In this document: piece after piece, positions 61,979-64,000 of the stretch
How the letters are laid out: each line of letters begins with the position of its first letter
How positions within the stretch are numbered: the stretch's first letter is position 1
Assembly: GCA_964506575.1 (NCBI GenBank)
Contig: CAZDLY010000005.1
Location: 5,131 to 69,130, forward strand
Origin: an uncultured Akkermansia sp.
Lineage (GTDB): Bacteria; Verrucomicrobiota; Kiritimatiellia; RFP12; JAAYNR01
Reading direction: 5' to 3'
DNA: 64,000 bases
Notes under the pieces: generated by a model
Told to the model about the DNA's origin: nothing
The model's database searches: none
Seen by the model: only the letters and a program-made list of their open reading frames with translations
Program-made: the position numbers and the translations under genes

Positions 61979-62844
61979 CGCCCACCCCGCGGCTTCCCCG
62001 GTTCAACCGCAGCGCGCACGCGCAACGCGTCCGCGGTTTCGCGCACATCGTGAACCCGCACCACGGAGGCGCCGCGCTGCACGGCGAGCATCGCGGCGGC
62101 GACGCTGCCGGCCATCCGCTCGGCGGGAACCGTCCGGCCGGTCAGCGCGCCGATGAACCGCTTGCGTGAAAGCCCGACCAGGACCGGTCCCAGCGTCGTC
62201 AGCCGCGCCAGATCGCGCAGCAGGGCGACGTTGTGTTCCGTCTCCTTGGCAAAGCCGAAGCCGGGATCGACCAGGATCGCCTCCGGCGCCACGCCCGCCG
62301 CGCGGGCGGCGTCCACGGCGGCGCGCAATTCATCGCACACCTCCCGCACCACGTCCTGATACACGGCCAGCCCGTTCATGGTCTGCGGCGTGCCGCGCAG
62401 GTGCATCAGCACCACGCCCGCGCCGGTCTCGACCGCCACCCGCAGCATCTCCGGATCCCCGCCGAGCGCCGTGACGTCGTTGATGATGCAGGCGCCGGCG
62501 AGCAGCGCCGCGCGGGCGACCGCCGCCTTGCGGGTGTCGACCGAAAGCGGCGCCTGCGTCCGGCGGGACAGCTCGCGGATGACCGGAATCACGCGGTTCA
62601 ACTCCTCGTCGAGCGTCACCCCGGCCGCACCCGGCCGGGTCGACTCGCCGCCCACGTCCAGGATGTCGGCGCCGGCCTCCAGCAGCGCGAGGCCGTGAGC
62701 CGCCGCGCGCTCGGGCGCGCCGTTCCACAGGCCGCCGTCGGAGAAGCTGTCGGGCGTGACATTGACAATGCCCATGACTTGCGGCCGATCCAGACTGATC
62801 GCCCGCCCGCGACACCGCCACACGCTCTGACTGCCACTGCCCAT
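61972..62844 (-). CDS. folP: Dihydropteroate synthase
   Basis: ..VMGIVNVTPDSFSDGG.., ..ILDVGGESTRPG.., ..SVDT.., ..INDV.., ..LVGLSRKRF... Confidence 0.9.
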   Translation of the reverse strand: MGSGSQSVWRCRGRAISLDRPQVMGIVNVTPDSFSDGGLWNGAPERAAAHGLALLEAGADILDVGGESTRPGAAGVTLDEELNRVIPVIRELSRRTQAPLSVDTRKAAVARAALLAGACIINDVTALGGDPEMLRVAVETGAGVVLMHLRGTPQTMNGLAVYQDVVREVCDELRAAVDAARAAGVAPEAILVDPGFGFAKETEHNVALLRDLARLTTLGPVLVGLSRKRFIGALTGRTVPAERMAGSVAAAMLAVQRGASVVRVHDVRETADALRVRAAVEPGKPRGGRC

Positions 62845-62862
62845 CGCGCATGCTCCCCCGAT

Positions 62863-64000
62863 TTAGACAGGCGGCGCGGGTGGTGGAGACGGGGCTTCGC
62901 CATCGATCGCCGCAGCTGGCGTCGCCGGCGCGGGAATCGCGGCCTGGGACTCGGCCCGCGCCCGGGCCTGCGCCAGCGCCTCGGCCTCTTTCTCGGCGCG
63001 CGCCCGGCTCTCCCGACTTTCCCGTTCGGCCAGCTCCTCGCGCGTCAGGAAGCGCCCCAGCTTCGCCAGATCGGCCACCTCGCGGCCGTCCATCGTCTCC
63101 TCCTCCAGCAGGCGCTCCACCAGAATCTGCAGCTTGTCGCGGTGGGCCGTCAGCAGGGCGTCGGCCCGGTCGCACGCCTCGCGGATCAGCCGGCTGATCT
63201 CCGCGTCGATCTTCTCCGACGTGGCCTCGCTGTGCGACTGCGATCGCGACACTTCGCGCCCGAGAAAAATAAGTTCCTGATTCTCGCCAAACGCCTGGGG
63301 TCCGATCACCTCGCTCATGCCGTATTCGCAGACCATGTGGTGCGCGATCTGGCTCGCCATGCGGATGTCCATCCGCGCGCCCGTGGACACATCGCCGGTG
63401 TGCAGTTTTTCGGCTATGCGCCCGCCCATGAGCACCACCAGTTGATCCAGGAGCTCGTTGCAGGTCCGGTTGAGCACGTCGTGATCCGGCAGCGACATCG
63501 TCGCGCCCAGCGCCTGCCCGCGCGGGATGATCGTGACCTTGTGCACCGGCTCGGTGTGCTCCAGCAGAACCTGCGTCAGCGCATGACCCGCCTCATGCCA
63601 GGCGGTGATGTTCCGCTCCTTCTCGCTCATCGCCCGGCTCCGCCGCTCGCGCCCCCACAACACCTTGTCGCGGGCCTCTTCGAGATCGGTCTGATCCACC
63701 CCCTCCTTGTTCTGGCGGGCGGCCAGCAGGGCCGCCTCGTTGAGCAGGTTGGCCAGATCGGCGCCGGAGAATCCCGGGGTGCCGCGCGCCGACCGCCGCA
63801 AGTCGGCGGTCGGTCCCAGCTTGAGCTTCTGCGCGTGCATCCGCAAAATCTCCTCGCGGCCGTCGAGCGTCGGCAGATCGATCATGATCTGCCGGTCGAA
63901 CCGCCCCGGCCGCAACAGGGCCGGGTCGAGCACGTCGGAACGGTTCGTCGCCGCGATGATGATCACCCCGTCGGAGGTTTCAAACCCGTCCATCTCGACC
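62863..64000 (-). CDS. ftsH: ATP-dependent zinc metalloprotease FtsH, C-terminal part (5' end outside the window)
   Basis: ..IIIAATNRSDVLDPALLRPGRFDRQI.. (AAA+ second region of homology), the HEAGHAL zinc motif, and an acidic/Ala-rich tail. The ORF is open to the window edge. Confidence 0.95.
   Translation of the reverse strand, partial: VEMDGFETSDGVIIIAATNRSDVLDPALLRPGRFDRQIMIDLPTLDGREEILRMHAQKLKLGPTADLRRSARGTPGFSGADLANLLNEAALLAARQNKEGVDQTDLEEARDKVLWGRERRSRAMSEKERNITAWHEAGHALTQVLLEHTEPVHKVTIIPRGQALGATMSLPDHDVLNRTCNELLDQLVVLMGGRIAEKLHTGDVSTGARMDIRMASQIAHHMVCEYGMSEVIGPQAFGENQELIFLGREVSRSQSHSEATSEKIDAEISRLIREACDRADALLTAHRDKLQILVERLLEEETMDGREVADLAKLGRFLTREELAERESRESRARAEKEAEALAQARARAESQAAIPAPATPAAAIDGEAPSPPPAPPV

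Overview
This is a visibly GC-rich bacterial chromosomal segment (GC not computed). About 60 protein genes and 2 tRNAs can be supported.

**Housekeeping content.** Most of the window is conserved housekeeping:
- trpF (3' end), recO, gnd, nifU-nifS, recN, rex, an aspartate aminotransferase.
- coaE-rho-tig-clpP-clpX, rluD-like, rpsU, htpG, tex, rimO, a rodZ-like gene, ftsK.
- cdaR-cdaA-folP-ftsH (ftsH runs off the right edge).

Several gene families suggest a PVC-superphylum organism (Verrucomicrobiota / Kiritimatiellota / Lentisphaerota). These are an Amuc_1100-type pilus-like locus, a four-helix-bundle 'suffix' protein and an FGE/SUMF1-type lipoprotein. This taxonomic call is inference only.

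**Observations most worth a second look:**
1. A five-gene type-IV-pilus-like / secretin locus at 27.3-34.7 kb. It has the same gene order as the poorly understood Akkermansia Amuc_1102..Amuc_1098 cluster and has no pilin, ATPase or platform gene nearby.
2. A family of modular, partly 6-7-nt-periodic intergenic repeat modules, with the clearest matches in four intergenic zones (34.7-35.1, 43.0-43.8, 53.3-53.4 and 54.2-54.3 kb) and weaker or partial ones at 10.2-10.5 and 52.0-52.15 kb. In one place two modules that are contiguous elsewhere are separated by a gene fragment. In another place direct copies bracket a gene.
3. That bracketed gene is a four-helix-bundle + suffix + topoisomerase-type zinc-finger protein.
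4. There are six 5'-truncated gene remnants: GH78, AraC, FN3, M28, PPDK and hicA.
5. A long minus-strand operon couples an orphan rnfE, an orphan FecE-type ABC ATPase, a fused double alpha/beta-hydrolase and a TIM-barrel isomerase.
6. A trio of small membrane zinc-ribbon genes (TM2, DUF2752, LITAF-like). The DUF2752 frame has no stop codon for about 480 nt past its domain.

No CRISPR array, rRNA, transposase, integrase or recognisable defence system was seen. All homology calls come from motif recognition by eye, not from searches.
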